In this document: positions 5,335-6,494 of the stretch, piece after piece | How the letters are laid out: every line of letters starts with the position of its first letter | Numbering within the stretch: position 1 is the stretch's first letter | Assembly (NCBI GenBank): GCA_023136205.1 | Contig: JAGLRQ010000055.1 | Coordinates: 1 to 6,494 of the forward strand | DNA: 6,494 bases | Source of the DNA: Candidatus Auribacterota bacterium | GTDB lineage: Bacteria > Auribacterota > UBA6266 | Reading direction: 5' to 3' | Notes under the pieces: model-generated | What the model was told of the DNA's origin: nothing | Database searches by the model: none | What the model saw: the letters and a program-made list of their open reading frames with translations, nothing else | Program-made: the position numbers and the translations under genes

Positions 5335-6494
5335 ATGATCTATAACCTAAATGCGGTTAAGTTGAAAATTAGCTTGAATATAACATTTATTTTTCTCCTG
5401 GCGCTATATATTTTTCTGTTTCCTTTTCTGGGGATTCCGGGGTTGATAAACCCTTTCATGGGGAAGTTATATATAGTCCAGATTATCCTCCTCTTTTTCA
5501 TAATATATTACCTCTGGAACCTCAGAAAAGGCAAGGAAGTATATCTTTTTGACAAAAACGATGTTTTTCTTCTGCTGTTTTTGTTTTACCTGGGATTGTG
5601 TGTTTTAACTTCAGATTTCGCGGGCTTTGCCCGCAGAGGCTGGGTTATTCACCTTTCACTTGTTCTGATTTATGCTTTTTCTAAGTATATTCTTGTGTCA
5701 AATCCTGATTTAAAGAGTTTTTTTGTTAAGCTTTTTGTTTATTCTTCGACCGTTTTTGCGGTGTATGGGCTGGTAATTGTGTTTTTTTACAGGCCGTGGA
5801 GATTAAAGATATTTTTTGGTAACACCCTCCTTCTTTCAAATATTTTTCTGGTCGCTTTACCTATCATTATAGTGATTATCGCGGAATATCTCAAAGAATG
5901 GAAGAAAAACAGGGTAATGGTTTCTTTATGGTGTCTTGCGTTCCTGGCTAACCTTCTGGCGCTTTACTTTACAAAATCAAAGACCGCCGTACTTATTTGC
6001 GGAGTCGCGATACTTCTTCCGATAAGTTTAATTTATAAGAAGTGGAGGAAATTGGCTATCCTGATTATTGTTGTTTTTGCTGTAATCGGGCTCAGTTTGG
6101 TTTTATTCCTCGAACAAAGTGGAGGAAATTCAGGGACAGCGGCAATAAGGTACCAGATTTACAGGGGTACATGCGCGCTTATCAAAGACAACCTGATTTT
6201 GGGAACCGGGCCGTATACTTATTTCCTGTCCTACCCCGAATATATTACGCCGGAGTATTTTAAGTTACCGCTTTCAGCGGATGTTACAAATCACGCGCAT
6301 AGCTATTTCCCTGAAATTATTGCAGAGTCCGGTTTGCCCGGATTCATATTGCTGATGATTTTTATAAGCTCTTTGCTGTATAAGCTGGGCAGGGAAGCAT
6401 TAAAACCCTCCCGGCATTCTTATATCGCGGCTGGTGTTTTTTCGGCTTTGGTGGTTACATATTTATATAATCTTTTTAACATAAACCAGAATGT
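5335..6494 (+). CDS. O-antigen ligase (Wzy_C) family polytopic membrane protein, 3'-truncated by the window edge; WaaL / Wzy / PglL / TfpO-like
   Basis: This ORF is not in the supplied track. Frame 1 is open from the stop at 5299-5301 to the end of the window, about 386 codons from ATG 5335. The translation is 'MIYNLNAVKLKISLNITFIFLLALYIF...' with many TM segments. It also has the family's hallmark periplasmic-loop region '...AAIRYQIYRGTCALIKDNLILGTGPYTYF...NHAHSYFPEIIAESGLPGFILL' (R..W/Y....P..G.G.G.F ... HAHN.yl..l.e.G..G). No SD precedes ATG 5335, so the start is uncertain (alternative TTG at 5362). Confidence 0.75.
   Translation, partial: MIYNLNAVKLKISLNITFIFLLALYIFLFPFLGIPGLINPFMGKLYIVQIILLFFIIYYLWNLRKGKEVYLFDKNDVFLLLFLFYLGLCVLTSDFAGFARRGWVIHLSLVLIYAFSKYILVSNPDLKSFFVKLFVYSSTVFAVYGLVIVFFYRPWRLKIFFGNTLLLSNIFLVALPIIIVIIAEYLKEWKKNRVMVSLWCLAFLANLLALYFTKSKTAVLICGVAILLPISLIYKKWRKLAILIIVVFAVIGLSLVLFLEQSGGNSGTAAIRYQIYRGTCALIKDNLILGTGPYTYFLSYPEYITPEYFKLPLSADVTNHAHSYFPEIIAESGLPGFILLMIFISSLLYKLGREALKPSRHSYIAAGVFSALVVTYLYNLFNINQN

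Noticed and set aside
6042-6263. + strand 73-aa ORF listed in the track
   Set aside because: It lies in frame 3, inside the much longer frame-1 reading frame (5335 to window end) that carries O-antigen-ligase family motifs. The Cys/Arg-rich translation looks like an off-frame artefact.

Overview
This AT-rich bacterial window carries six + strand genes and looks like a cell-envelope locus. No rRNA, tRNA, CRISPR array or mobile element was recognised. (1) Genes 86-4378 are tightly packed and probably form one operon. They encode an MlaE-family ABC permease, an MlaF-family ABC ATPase, a polytopic histidine kinase with no evident extracytoplasmic domain, and an NtrC-family receiver/AAA+/Fis-HTH response regulator. 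Intergenic gaps are 8 nt and 6 nt, and the kinase and regulator overlap by 14 nt. (2) After a 148-nt spacer comes a prepilin-type gene (4527-5045). Its N-terminal cleavage/methylation domain is of the '[16 protein letters not shown]...LPAL' class that is expanded in PVC-type and candidate phyla. It has a strong Shine-Dalgarno and is followed by a clear intrinsic terminator. (3) After a 235-nt spacer, an O-antigen-ligase (Wzy_C) family membrane protein starts at 5335 and runs off the window end. It is missing from the supplied ORF track because it has no stop codon in the window. The order 6-TM kinase, NtrC-type regulator, pilin, O-antigen-ligase-like gene resembles pilS-pilR-pilA-tfpO loci. 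Three things differ: it is welded to an MlaEF-like transporter with no MCE/MlaD gene in view, the pilin is the poorly understood PVC-type class, and the regulator's AAA+ domain has substitutions at several catalytic and sigma54-contact positions. No convincing -24/-12 promoter precedes the pilin gene. All family assignments come from motif reading by eye; no searches were run.
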